From NCBI RefSeq assembly GCF_006345805.1, contig NC_043001.1, positions 558,001 through 622,000 of the forward strand: a DNA stretch of 64,000 nt, written 5' to 3'. Below the pieces are notes generated by a model, which saw nothing but the letters and a program-made list of their open reading frames with translations, did no database searches and was not told the DNA's origin. The translations under genes and the position numbers were made by a program. Source of the DNA: Octopus sinensis (taxonomy: Eukaryota). Below are positions 26,452-38,521 of the stretch, in pieces (the first letter of the stretch is position 1; every line of letters starts with the position of its first letter).

Positions 26452-28898
26452 TTCTTCTTCTTCTTCTTCTTCTTCTTCTTCTTCTTCTTCTTCTTCTTCA
26501 TATTTGTTAGGTGGTATGATTTCTTGTTTGTATTTGTCAGCTTCCTTAAATACTGAGAACAGTTTTTTGTTTTGCTTGTGTTTTGCCACTATTTGTATCA
26601 GTTTTCCTTGCTTCAGGAGAAGGTATTTTTGCAGTCCTATGGTGGTTATTTTATAACAGTTTTCCAGCTTTATAAGGCCTCTACCACCTTCTATACGTTG
26701 TATATATAGCCTTTCTATGTCAGATTTTGGGTGAGCATCCTAGATCCTGTCATTATTTTTCTTGTTTTCCTATCTATTTTGGTTAGTTTATTTAGCGTCC
26801 AGTTAAGGATATTGTAGCTGTAACTTATAACTGGGACAGCTAAAGTGTTAATAGCTATTATCTTGTTTTTAGCATTGAGCTCTGTTTTTAGTATTGATCT
26901 AACTCGTCTATAATATTCTTTTTTTAGTTTCTCTTTCATTTGTGTGTGTTGTGTCTTATCTAGTTCATGGATTCCTAAATATTTGTAAGTTTGGCTTTGG
27001 TCTCATTCTCTTATTTCGTTGGCTTTATCTTCTGTGATGTTGCTACTCTTAACTAGTTTTCCTCTTTTCAGGGTTATTTTGGTGCATTTTTCTGATCCAA
27101 ATTTCATATCTATTTCTTTGGTAAATCCATGAATTGTCTTTAGTAGTGTTTCCAGCTGTTTGTCATTTGTAGCGTATAGTTTTAGGTCATCCATATATAA
27201 AAGGTGGCTGATCGTTTTGCTGTAGCATTTATATCAGATAGAGGTGACAGTGCCAAACAGAAAAGAAGTCGAGAGAGCGTGTCTCCCTGGAATATTCCTC
27301 TTCTAATGGGGATGGCTCTGGTTTTCAAGAGTCCTTCTTTTGTTTGGAGCTGTAGCACTGTCTGCCATTTATTCATAGAGTATTCTATGTATTTTATAAT
27401 TGTTGGTGCTACTTTGTTAAAGGCTAGTGTTTCGAGGATCCATGTGTGGGGGATGCTATCAAACGCCTTTCTGTAGTCGATCCAGGCCATACTGAGGCCT
27501 TTCTTCTTTCTGTAGCTGTCTTCAGTTATGGCTTTATTGATCATTAGTTGATCTTTACAGCCATATGAGCAGTTGCGGCATCCTTTCTGCTTTTCTGGAA
27601 ACAAGTTGTTTTCGTCCAGGTGCTTGTTCAATCTTTGTGATATTACTGCAGTAAATGCTTTGTACATGGTAGGGAGACAGGTTATAGGCCTGCAGTTTTC
27701 TGGTTTTGCTGTCTCATTGGATTTGGGAATTAAGATGGCTTTCCCCTTCATGAGCCATTCAGGCATTTTCTCTGGTTCTGCCAGTATGTTGTTAAAGTTT
27801 TCAGTCAGCTTTTTGTGCATTCCAGTCAGATATTTCAACCAGAAGTTGGGATCTTGTCATGCCCAGGTGCCTTCCAGTTGCTTAGTCTTTGCAGTGCCTG
27901 GGTGACCTCTTCAGTTGTTATGGGAGTCCAACATTGCTCAGATGTTAAGTTTGTTGTTTTAATACTCCTTTTTTTTGGTTGTTCATTCGCCGACCATATG
28001 TCTTTCCAGAATTCTTCCACTTTTTCTGCCGTAGGTGTTGCAGTGATGTCTATTTTATTTTTGCCAAGTTCTTGGTAGAACTTTTTTGGGGTTGGAGTTG
28101 AACTGCTTGTTTTGTTCAAAGAAACGTTGGCGTTTCTCATACCGGCGGATCCTTTGTGCTTTGGCAAGGATATCTTGCTTCAGCTTTTCTTTTATCTCAG
28201 GTAAATCTTTTTCTGTGATGTTGTATTTGCACAGTATTTTTGTTTTCTTTTTGTTGCTCAGTAGCGTTGATTGTCTACTGATTTCATTAGGAATCGACAG
28301 ATCTTTTCTCATTTTTTGTATTTTTGGGGGGATGTTATTTATCCTCAGGGTTTGTTTGGATGGTGGTACTCCTGTTTGGATGGGTTTGAGTGAGTATCCA
28401 GCTTCTTTTGTGGCTGAAGTGGCTGCTGCATATACTAAGTCATTTAGCTCAGTGATATTGCTATTTGTTTCAGTGGCTACCAGTTCCGTGATGGCTAGAT
28501 TTATGCGATTTATAATTGATGTTGTTTTTTTGTCTATTTTGATTTTTAGGAGGTATGGTTGGTTGTCCATTTTGAGCTCTGTGGTTTTCAGTTCTTTGAT
28601 TATTCTACTTTTTATATTATCATAATCATTAGGCTCCCCTTCGTTATTTCCAGGTTTTAGATTTGTGTTGCTTTCTTTCTCATCCGTATGTTTGTCTGTT
28701 GTGTTTTGGCTTGCTGCTTGTCGTGCATAATTATGCATCCTTACAGTCTGGGTTTGTTGTTTTTTTTTTACATCGTTTTTGTTGGAAATGTTATGTTTGT
28801 CTTCGTGCTTTACTATTTCAGTGTTTATATTATTTGGCATTGTTGTGTGGCTTCTATTTACATTTTCCTGATGTATTTTTTCTTTTAAATGTTCTATC
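25523..28898 (-). mobile_element. R4/Dong-like RLE LINE, 5'-truncated and frameshifted, flanked on both sides by (TAA)n
   Basis: WKAPGHDKI; CRPITCLPTMYK; QKGCR..GCKDQL; AWIDYRKAFDSIPH; RGIFQGD; HLLYMDDLKLYA; CRICG...ETINHIISGC; RPDIV..LIDVSIP; IPIIVGALG. (ATT)n at 25508-25522 and 28899-28922. Confidence 0.92.
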
Positions 28899-29089
28899 AT
28901 TATTATTATTATTATTATTATTTCAACAATCTTATAGTTATTGTGTAATTGCCCTCCACTGCTAAGTACATGCCGGATATGTGCTTTCTTTTGTTTTAGT
29001 TATGTTCCTTTTGCTGTATTGAAATTGATTGACACAATGTATGTATGGTGTGCAGCAGCAGCAGCAGCAGTAGTAGTAGTTGTGTTATT

Positions 29090-29330
29090 TTCTGAATAAT
29101 GTACTTATTTGTAAGTCTTGGGGTTTTGGTTATGTATCTGTCTGCCTGTTGTTTTTTTTTTCATTCCCAATGGATCAGTTATCATCATAATTGTTCCTGC
29201 TTCCAGTCTCCATATTTGGGTTCAGTTCTAAATTCCTGTAATCAAATCCAGCTGAGACTAACTTTGCTTTTCATCCTTGTAAAGTATTATTATTGTGCTT
29301 TGATTTCTCATGCATTTGAGGGATTCCAGG
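29090..29330 (-). mobile_element. Degenerate 3' fragment of the Dong-like family
   Basis: tttgtaagtcttggggttttggttatgtatctgtctg resembles 25672-25710. Confidence 0.55.
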
Positions 29331-29459
29331 AAATGGTTGAGAGGTTTTCTGCAGCAGTTTATGCTTTTTTGGACTGACTATCAGTATCAATAAGATTGGA
29401 GTTCTATTCCAACCAAGGCCTGAGGCAGGACATACTCAAGAATCAGATGCAATGATAAA

Positions 29460-29630
29460 CAACATGTCACTCAAATGGGTCGGGTCATTTAAACATCTTG
29501 GAAGTACAGTGATCTTGAAGAGTACACTCGACAAAAAATCAATGTTAGAATATCTAATGCTACAAGTGCTTTAGGAAAACTTACATTGTTTGTGGGATGA
29601 ACACATTGTCACAGATTAACTCTGATTAAG
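29460..29630 (+). mobile_element. Short RTE/BovB-like RT-thumb remnant
   Basis: LKWVGSFKHLGSTV..then, after a frameshift, INVRISNATSALGKL. Confidence 0.5.
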
Positions 29631-30523
29631 CAAACACACCATCAAATATTCTAGTCACGTCTATATATTCTTTCATATACCCAAGACAACATTATTTGAT
29701 GTGCTCTTTTTAAAATTGTAATATTTAAGTGAGATTTGAGATCTGACTGCTATTTCTAGTAAGTTGAACAACCATGCAGACGTTCCTTCATTGACTCAAA
29801 TGATTTGACGGTGGTCATGTTGATAAGGGTGATGATCATGATGACTTTTTATATGCACAATTCATAAGTGTTACAAGGATTTGTTTATTGTCCTGTACAG
29901 AAGATTTTGTCTTACTGCCTGTCAGAACTTGAGACATCCATTCGATCATAGGAACAGAACGATGATGAGAATAGTGCTCAGACTTATAACTTAGATTATT
30001 AAGTCACTGCCTCAGTGTAACGTTTCTATGGAAAGACAACCTAGTCTGAGACTTAGTCAACTTGAGAGTCACTGAATAATTTGTCATGTAGAGTGAACTT
30101 TTTTTAATTTCACTTCCACAGATCATAATAATGAGCTCTTTCCAACCATGACACCAAGGTAGACTTAGTGATTTGTTTAAGTCTCTTGTCAGCTCTCTAT
30201 ACAGCATAGCATTGATGTGATTGAACAGTCAATCCTCTTGTTGACCTGGCCTTCATTACTAAAGTAATAACGAGCCAACAAGGGAACTTCTATGTGATTG
30301 CATAATCTGCTGGAAATAACAACCAAAACCTCCCTCAAATCCTACGTTAGTGTCTTTAATTAAATCATCTCTAATCCCAGATACACTGTGACAGATAAAA
30401 AGAACCAAAAAATGGGATGGTCATAAGTTTTTTGTTCTGTAGTGTAATCTGTAATGCAAGTAATAAAAACATATTAAATACTAAAATACAAAGAAAGGAA
30501 GAGAGAAAAAGAAGACTACTTAC

Positions 30524-30835
30524 ATTGAACATTTAATGTAACCCTTGTCACATATGGATTTTGTAAAGCTTCATTTATAGCATGGCATTCTAGTAGTTTT
30601 CCAGAATGTTCTGTTTTAGGTATTAACATTATATTGCCTTTTGTATCAACTCGTTTGTTTGGTTTAGTAAACATTTCAGTTGAATATAATTTCCGATTCA
30701 TCAACTTTCCTGCCAGGTACCACGTAATTTTAGCTCCTGGTTTCCCATTTTTCACAAGACATGTAATATTGGTAGGTTTTCCTAATATAACTGCGGCAAT
30801 TGGTGCTTCTAAAATCTGTGGTGGGTCAGGTGGAA
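30524..30835 (-). CDS. Exon: Ig2, C2-set-like (FPPDPPQI...VTLNVQ)
   Basis: Acceptor ttttag|, donor |gtaagt; 312 bp, phase 1-1; lies within ORF 30516..30881. Confidence 0.93.
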
Positions 30836-31619
30836 CTAAAATTATTAAAGAGAAAAACAACTTCATATATTTACATTTCACAACAATATTCTCTCTCTTA
30901 CATCATACTTCAGACACACTTGCATTTCATTATATTGTATATTTTACACTATATTCCTTACAGCACACAGGTACACTCATGTAAGGTTTGCTACAATGAA
31001 CAGGAAAAATTACACTCAGTGCATAATTAATTATAAAGCTATATTGCGACTCTTTACTTGTATAAGAGTAGTGTTGTTTAATATATGTTATCATATTTTG
31101 TCCCTGAGATGTTTGTGGTAGCTTATTAGGAGGCTTTATTTGGATAATCTCTGCTTGTGGAACTTCATTTCAGTTTTGGGGTTTACGAATTTTCTGTGTC
31201 TGTTATGTACTTTTTATTTTTAGAATGAGTTGTGGGTCTTGGCTTGGTATTATGTTTTAGTTTACATTCTATGTTGTTACTATTTGTTGGAAGTAGAATG
31301 ACCAGCTGAGAATGAACCTTACAACTATTTCTCCATCTATCCTGCTAATATGGTACACTTCTCGGACAATTGGATTATACAACTTGCATTGCTAATAATC
31401 ACGTTATGTTAATGAAATACATGTAGGATGGTGTAACTGAATATCTTATAAAGAACTTCATGTTTTGTTTTAGACATATTGTGCATATGAGTGTAGATCT
31501 GAGTATCCATTGAATAGTGGACTAAGTTTATTAAATGACAAAAATCAGAATCTCAGAGTCGTGTGTGTAAGTGTTCCATACTTGTGTCATTTAACACACA
31601 CACTCGTATTGCTTAATGA

Positions 31620-31750
31620 CCACCTTCCATGCTGGCAAGAGCGGAATGGTTTGACAGGAGTTGGCCAGGCAGAAGACTACTCCAGACTTCTGTGTCTGTA
31701 TTGGCATGGTTATTATGGGTGGGTGCCCTTCCTAACATCAACCACCCCGA
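31620..31750 (-). mobile_element. RTE 3' tail fragment
   Basis: ttccatgctggcaag..ggtttgac..gtgcccttcctaacatcaaccacc. Confidence 0.6.
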
Positions 31751-31756
31751 GATATA

Positions 31757-31792
<36 letters not shown>

Positions 31793-32063
31793 TGTATGTA
31801 TGTATGTATGCAAAGGTACATGAAGCCCAGTTACAACTACAGCCGGCTATTACCAGTAAAGGTCTTAGTTGCCAATTTTGCACAAGACATTGTAGATCTT
31901 TAGCTGGGCTAAAACGTCACATTCGATCACAGCACCAGTAACAGTTAAGCTTCGTGCAATAGCCATACTCGATAACGAGGGGGCAGCCATAATGTAATGT
32001 ATGTATGTATGCATGTATGCATATATGTATGTATAGGTATATGTGTGTGTATATATGTATATA

Positions 32064-32107
<44 letters not shown>

Positions 32108-32134
32108 CATATATGTTTATATGAATGTTTATAA

Positions 32135-33598
32135 GAATTCCGGGTAGAAGTAGGGGTTCACCAAGGATCAGTCCTCAGCCCCCTCTTATTCATCATAGTC
32201 CTCCAGGCAATAACAAAGTAATTCAAGACAGGCTGCCCTTGGGAGCTCCTCTATGCTCTAATAGCTGAGTCACTACTAGAACTAGAGATGAAGTTTCAAG
32301 TGTGGAAGCAAGGTCTAGAATCAAAGGGCCTTAGAGTCAATCATGCAAAAACCCAAGTCCTAGCAAGTAGGAAGGTGGACAAATCAGAAACCCCTTCAGG
32401 TTGATGGTCCTACTCGATCTGTAGAAAAGGCAAACTCCATAAGATGTACTCAGTGTTAGCTATGGACACATAAGAGGTGCAGCAATATCAGAAGAAGGGT
32501 AACTGAAAAGGTAGTTTTTTGAGTGTGGCAGATGCACAGGGGCAATAAACACTGAAGATGTACAAAAACAGATTCCATCACATACCAGGGAGAGAAACTA
32601 GAAGTACTTGATAGCTTCCTCTACCTAGGTGACCAAGTCTGTATTGGAGGTATCTGAGAGTGTTGCCACTAGAATAAGAATAGCCTGGGCAAAGTTCAGA
32701 AAGCTCCTACCTCTGCTTGCAACAAAGGGTCACTCGCTCAGAGTGAAAGGTAGACTGTATGATGCATGTGTGGGAACAGCCATGCTACATGTCAGTGAAA
32801 CATGGGCCATAACTGTTGAGGACATGTGTTGGCTTGCAAGAATTGAAGCTAGTATGCTCCGCTGGATGCATAATGTCAGTGTGCATACATGACAGGGTGT
32901 AAGTCCCCTGAGAGAAATGTTGGACGTAAGAAGTATCAGATGTGGTGTGCAAGAGAGACGACTGCAATGGTATGGTCATGTGCTGTATATGGATGAGGAG
33001 AGCTGTGTGAAGATGTGGCACACCTTAGCAGTGGAGGAAACCTGTAGAAGAGGGAGACCCCGAAAGACATGGGATGAGATGGTAAAGCATGACCCTGGAA
33101 CGCTGGGTCACACAGAGGCAATGACAAGAGACCAAGACCTTTGAAGATATGCTGTGCTTGAGAAGACCTGGCAAGTAAAGTGAGATCAGAGCCATTGCTG
33201 ATACCAGTGATGCATAACCAGTCCATTTTAAAGTACCATTGAGTCATCGAGTGATATGCAGCACTTGAGAAGACCTACCGAGTCGAGCAAAATCAAAATC
33301 GAGATGAAAATGGAAATCGTAGTTGTAACCAATGCCAGTGCCATGTGACTGGTACCCGTGTTGGTGGCACATAAAAAGCACTATTTAATGATGAGTCGAT
33401 GCCTGTGCTACCTGACTGGCTCCCATGCTGGTGGCATGTAAAAAGCACCCACTACACTTTCGGAGTGATTGGCATTAGGAAGGGCATCCAGCTGTAGAAA
33501 CCTTGCCAGATCAGATTGGAGTCTGGTACAGCCTACTGGCCTGCCAGTCCTCAGTCAAACCGTCCAACCCATGCCAGCATGGAAAATGGATACATAAA
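32135..33598 (+). mobile_element. 5'-truncated, degenerate RTE LINE (RT subdomains 4-7 with internal PHD-like finger, thumb, 3' UTR)
   Basis: FRVEVGVHQGSVLSPLLFIIV; WELLYA; GLRVNHAKTQVL; YSIC..NSIRCTQC*LWTHKRC..CGRC; LEVLDSFLYLG; HVSETWA; RGRPRKTW. Confidence 0.9.
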
Positions 33599-33779
33599 AA
33601 AATCATCAGAGAAGATATACATCCAAAATAATATTGTATTAAGCTATAGTTGTATAAATATATAAAGTATGATTATTTAAAAGGTTTAAAAGTTTAAAAT
33701 ATCTTACTATCGTTTCGTGAATGTATTACCCTTAGAAATGGAATGACTTGCTCCCTGATATGCTGTTTGTCCTCTGCTC

Positions 33780-34600
33780 GGGAAGAAGCCACCTTACACA
33801 GCTTCTGCAACCATAATAACTGGATGTTGCAACAACTAATGAATTGCTCAAACATGTGATAAACCTTGATTTTGAAAAGGCTCTTGTTAAAGTTAATCAT
33901 AGAATGATGCCACAAGTTACAAGGACTCAGCATAGTTGGAAAACTGGAGGAGTGGTTACAGATTTCTTAAAAGATAGAAGCCAGGCTGTGGCAGCCAATG
34001 GGGTCCTCTCCAAGGAGACAATAATAGCAAGTGGAGTACCTCAGGGAACTGGCTTAGGGCTGCTGCTGTTTATCGTGGCTCTCTCAGATATGCCATCAGT
34101 TACACAAACATCCACACTTTCTAGCTATGCTGACAATACAAAACTAGCACAAGCAGTCAAGAAACCTTTCAATGTTAATCTTCAACAGAAAGATCTTGAT
34201 GCCATATATAAATGGGTTGAAGGAAACAGCATGCAATTTTATGCAGGAAAATTTCAAGCCCTCCACTATCAGTCAGCTTGTGCTAATATGCTGCAACAAA
34301 GATCACTTTGGAACAAAAGGAGTGGCAATCCTCCAGTCAAATACAGTGCATGATCTGGGATTGATATGAAACAAGAATGTCTTGTTTCAAGATGGTGGCA
34401 ATGTGCAGATGAATGGCCAGATGGATTCTGAGAACTTTCAGGAAACTATGCTGGTTCTATGGAAGATATTTGCCTTCCAAATTAATAGCACAACTTGAGG
34501 CAGTTCAATGATGTTACACCAGGAAGATTGCATCAATGGAACAGCTAAGCTCCTGGGAGAGATCGATATTAAAGCATTCATGAGTTTTTAAAAACTATTT
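33780..34600 (+). mobile_element. CR1-clade LINE RT fragment
   Basis: NLDFEKALVKVNH; SGVPQGTGLGLLLF; SSYADNTK; QKDLDAIYKWVEGNSMQF (ORF 33844..34353). Confidence 0.85.
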
Positions 34601-34719
34601 GTTTGTATCAATATATTGCTTGTTTATTACCAAGAAGAATTACATCAATTTTGTAAGGATAAACTCTTTTGCTCTTTCAGCAGTTTCAGCTTGAGAGTTG
34701 CAGGCATGCTCAGGTGCCA

Positions 34720-35010
34720 CCATTAGTTTTGCTACGCTTTCATTACTTGAAAACCTCCTCTACTATGTGGCATTTGGTGAATGAGGGAGTTTGATGTTGC
34801 TGCCTTTGTTTGTGTTTCCTGCCTTGAGGTAGGTTTATCTGGAACTCCCTGGAAATCTTGACAATATGCAGTGGTACCCAGTACTTTTGTTTTTGTGAGT
34901 AGAAACTTAACTTTTTCAGCCTTTCTCAAACTAAGAGCTGAAGAATGTAAAATTACAGGTTCTAGATAACTGGTTGTCAACCACTTTGCCAAACCTCTCA
35001 TGATTATCAT
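34720..35010 (-). mobile_element. CR1-like extreme C-terminal / 3' fragment
   Basis: GVPDKPT...AATSNSLIHQ resembles the CR1 ORF2 terminus in molluscs (from memory). Confidence 0.55.
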
Positions 35011-35596
35011 ACCTAGAGTCAGAAGAAGCTTATTAATTTAATAACAACTCATTAACCTTTTTGATAAAAACCTGCCTGAGGCTGCATCTGGTTCTATGAT
35101 GCTATGCTTTCTATCTTAAAGCTCATTCATTATGTTTTTACCTCAAACAAAATAAATATGCTATGAAAATTGAAAAGATATCCTTTGCAATAAAGATTTC
35201 CAAATACTCCAATTAGTTTTGAAATGATTGGTGTCTGCAACTGTTTAACGCTTTTTATTTGACTTTAGTTCAAAGCTGGGAAATATCACAAAAACGTGTC
35301 TCTGTGAAAGCAGTTCTACTAACCACTGACAATGCTGCCGGAACCCTTGCTTGTCTCTGCTATTTTTCTTTCATCTACATAAATACTTATATAACCACTT
35401 CCAACACCTTTTATATAAAAAGTCATTTAAACATTATTTTATATTCATTTTGGAAATATTTAAAAGTTGAAGGTTAGCTCTTTGGAAATCAAACATTTAT
35501 AAAGCTACAGAAAAAAAAGGGAACCTTTTTGAACTTTGAGATAGTCTCCACTCATGTTAGAAAATTAAAGGGAAGAATTCAAAAAATAGAACTAAC

Positions 35597-35719
35597 ATAA
35601 AACTGTGAGTTTAACAGTGTTGCTTCTGATGCCTTCAGCTTCTTCTGTTTGTCCAACCTGACATTGATACAAGCCATCATCTTCTAATTTAGCAGATACA
35701 ATTCGTAGATGGAACTCGT
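35597..35719 (-). CDS. Exon: second half of Ig1 (DEFHLRIVSAKLEDDGLYQCQVG...KLTVL)
   Basis: Not in the ORF track; read by hand. Acceptor tttttttcctcttacag|, donor |gttagt; 123 bp, phase 1-1; DDGxYxC motif. Confidence 0.92.
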
Positions 35720-37201
35720 CTGTAAGAGGAAAAAAATACAAAGTGAGATTGAAAATTCTTTCAATATTTAAACATTAAAATAAATATTTATAATTTTTAA
35801 AACTAATATTTTGACCTGATGTTGCAATATGTATAACGTGGGACAAGGCAGAGTTACTCCCTACTTAACCCATCAGCCTTGCTACGCTGCTCTTCTCTTT
35901 TCCACACTAACCCCTGATTTTACTCTCTCCTGTGCCCTCTTTCCTGTCTCTTTTATTATTCTGCTTTACCAACATCCTAACACCGTGTTATTTTCTCCAT
36001 TACCATTCTTCTATAATAATAAATTTGTTCTTCCCACCATACATTAATTTCACTGCAAATTATAATGCAGCCCCACCGGTTCTGGTGGCATGACAAATAT
36101 GCACCCAATACACTCTGTAAGGGGGTTGGCAAATCAAGCAGCGACAATGCAGTGTTGAGAGGTCTTTAGTTTTTTGAGGGAAAGGCTTTTAGATAGGGTT
36201 GGCACCATCATAAAATGCCTCCAGTACACACTGTAAAATGCTTGGTGTTAGGAATGTCATTCATCCCTGAGAATGATGACAAAACTTAGACATTGGAGTA
36301 AAATGTGGTCGTTGACCACTTGGACCCTGTTAAAATATTCATCTGACATAAAGAGAACAAAAAGATACTGATAACAAGGATTTTCATGAGATACTCATAC
36401 ATTTCCTAAAATGAACTGCAAGCATTCTTTTGTGCTCTCCAATATGTATAGTTTTCAGGATTAATAGCAGATCTCAGTTCATTGCTTACAATATTCCTAC
36501 TACTTAAACTTGGATTACACAACCCAGAAAATAGTGAAAGAATATGTCTGAGAGGAAAATGGCTACAGACTGTGTAAATCAGTGTCAACTTCTAGAAAAT
36601 GCAGCATGTAACATTATACATAATTGAATATGTAAAAGTAACAAGACTCACTGTGAAAGAAGTTGGGGTAAAACATTCCAGCTTAAAAAGAGGACATGTG
36701 GTTAAAAACTGAAGCATTATTTTGATTCTGTTAAGAAAAACAGTTTGAAGAGAACTAAACTATTCACTCATTTAGATATAAACAACTTTATAAGAGCAGT
36801 GTCTAGTGAAGACTGAAGTTATAGTTTGACAATAAGCAAATCAAGTTAACTAGAACAAAAATTTTGAAGCAATGGAAACTAATAAACATAAAAAATTATG
36901 TCTGCATAGAGTAAATTTCAGAGACAGTTAGTCTCACACATATTCATGCTAGCAAGGACACACACACACATGCATCAATACATACATATATATATATATG
37001 TGTGTGTGTGTGAGTGTGTGTATGAATGGCTTCTTTTAGTTTCCATTGATCAAATCCCAAGCATGGCTGCTGTCCAATGACTGAAACAAGTAAAAGAATA
37101 CACACACACTTTACTAATACTTGTTTTCTAGCTATATATGTTCATCATCATCATCATGATGATGATGTTGTCAATAAAAAAAGAGTTAGCAGTATATTTA
37201 C

Positions 37202-37393
37202 CTCTTGCTGGATTTCCAACCATTGAATATCTTTCATAACTTGGTAAATTTCGGTCTACGCCTAAAATAAATTTATTTTTTGTCCATTGTAATTTTCCTA
37301 CTCTATTTTTAACTTGACATTTTAAAGTAGCTGTTGATCCTTCTATCACTGATTGGTTGACTGGAATTTGGACAAATTCTTGTGGTTGAATGG
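37202..37393 (-). CDS. Exon: first half of Ig1 (IQPQEF...MVGNPAR)
   Basis: Acceptor atttcag| at 37394-5, donor |gtaaat at 37201-37200; 192 bp, phase 1-1; C-x10-W Ig core. Confidence 0.92.
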
Positions 37394-37445
37394 CTGAAAT
37401 AGAAATATACATAGATTTTATATATAGAGATATATATATATACTC

Positions 37446-37477
<32 letters not shown>

Positions 37478-37792
37478 GTATGTATACAATATGTATAATT
37501 AAAACCTGAATTATGTTGCAATATAAGAGTTGTGTTAGTAGTGAGCAGAGTGCAGTAATTTGCTTGTCCTATTAAATGCAGACGGGAATACAACATCTGA
37601 ACTGAAATGCTTTGTACAAGTGACCAGAGGAGGATTGACTGCCCTTGTTAGTGAAGTCACAGATCAATACAGTGGACAAGAAAATCAATTGCATGAAATC
37701 TGTAGATTCAGGTACATAATCCTGTTTAATTTACAAATGCAAACATGTCTGTCTGTCTGTTTGTGTAAACACACTCACACGCGCACACGCAC

Positions 37793-37824
<32 letters not shown>

Positions 37825-38094
37825 CCTGGATGTTCATTTGTTTATGTATTTAAAACAAAAATACCCTCTTTGTCACTCGAGTCTCAAGTTGAGCCAAAAA
37901 TCATAGCACCCTTAATGGTAACTATCTTGCTGAAGCAATGAACAGACTCATCCCTTCTTTAGTGCATTGTTCTTCTGATGAGGCGAGGGCGCCTGTCTTA
38001 CTGAAAGGATTACTTCAGAATGGGGCAAAGCAAGTAACAAGGGAATAAAACTTGCAAAAAAGTTTTAATTAAAACTTCTCTTAATTACTTACAT

Positions 38095-38321
38095 GCATAG
38101 GCATGGCTGTGTGGGAAGAAGCTTGCTTCTCAGTCACATGGGTACTGAAAGAAGCCTGTTGTATATATATGTATATGTTTGCGTGTTTGTGCCCCTCCAC
38201 CAGTGATTGACAACTGATGTTGGTGTGTTTATGTCCCTGTAACTTAGTGGTTTGGCAAACAGACTAACATAATAAGTACAGCATGGCTACAGTCAAATGA
38301 CTGAAATAAATAAAAGAATAA
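38095..38321 (+). mobile_element. Internally deleted S1 SINE
   Basis: Head gcataggcatggctgtgtg..aagcttgcttc and tail cagcatggctacagtcaaatgactgaaa. Confidence 0.75.
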
Positions 38322-38521
38322 GCTATCTACTGACATTCTGTATTCTTGGTGAGGGACATTTTTCTTGGAGAATTGAAGTGCAGAGCAAGAGAAAGAAGTT
38401 TAGAAACAGTGCTTTAGTTCAACCAGCAGATGAAATAGAAAAAGAGAGGTGGGGATAGTATGTGTGTGTGTCATTGATTAGAAGACAAATTTATTCATTT
38501 CACTGTCACACAATCTGTTCT

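Larger units (their letters stand above)
3617..37393 (-). other. Partial multi-exon gene: Kirre/NEPH/SYG-1 (IrreC/roughest)-family immunoglobulin-superfamily adhesion protein, Ig1-Ig3
   Basis: Five exons with AG/GT boundaries and matching phases (1-1, 1-1, 1-1, 1-2, 2-1) splice into an open frame: AIQPQEF..LKCQVKNRVGKLQWTKN..RYSMVG..DEFHLRI..LEDDGLYQCQV / FPPDPPQI..CLVKNGKPGAKITW..LECHAINEAL..TLNVQ / YPPDITM..LACEGFANP..KWYRNG..TITCEATNSIG. The Ig1 and Ig3 motifs fit the NEPH/Kirre type. Orthology is not established, so no symbol is given. Confidence 0.85.

Noticed and set aside
33780-35010. Twin-priming 5' inversion of CR1
   Set aside because: The pieces converge tail-to-tail, whereas twin priming gives a divergent arrangement.
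36406-36588. LFSGL..RN..ELRSAINP as a hAT dimerisation-domain remnant
   Set aside because: The resemblance is weak, with no TIR or further transposase motifs.
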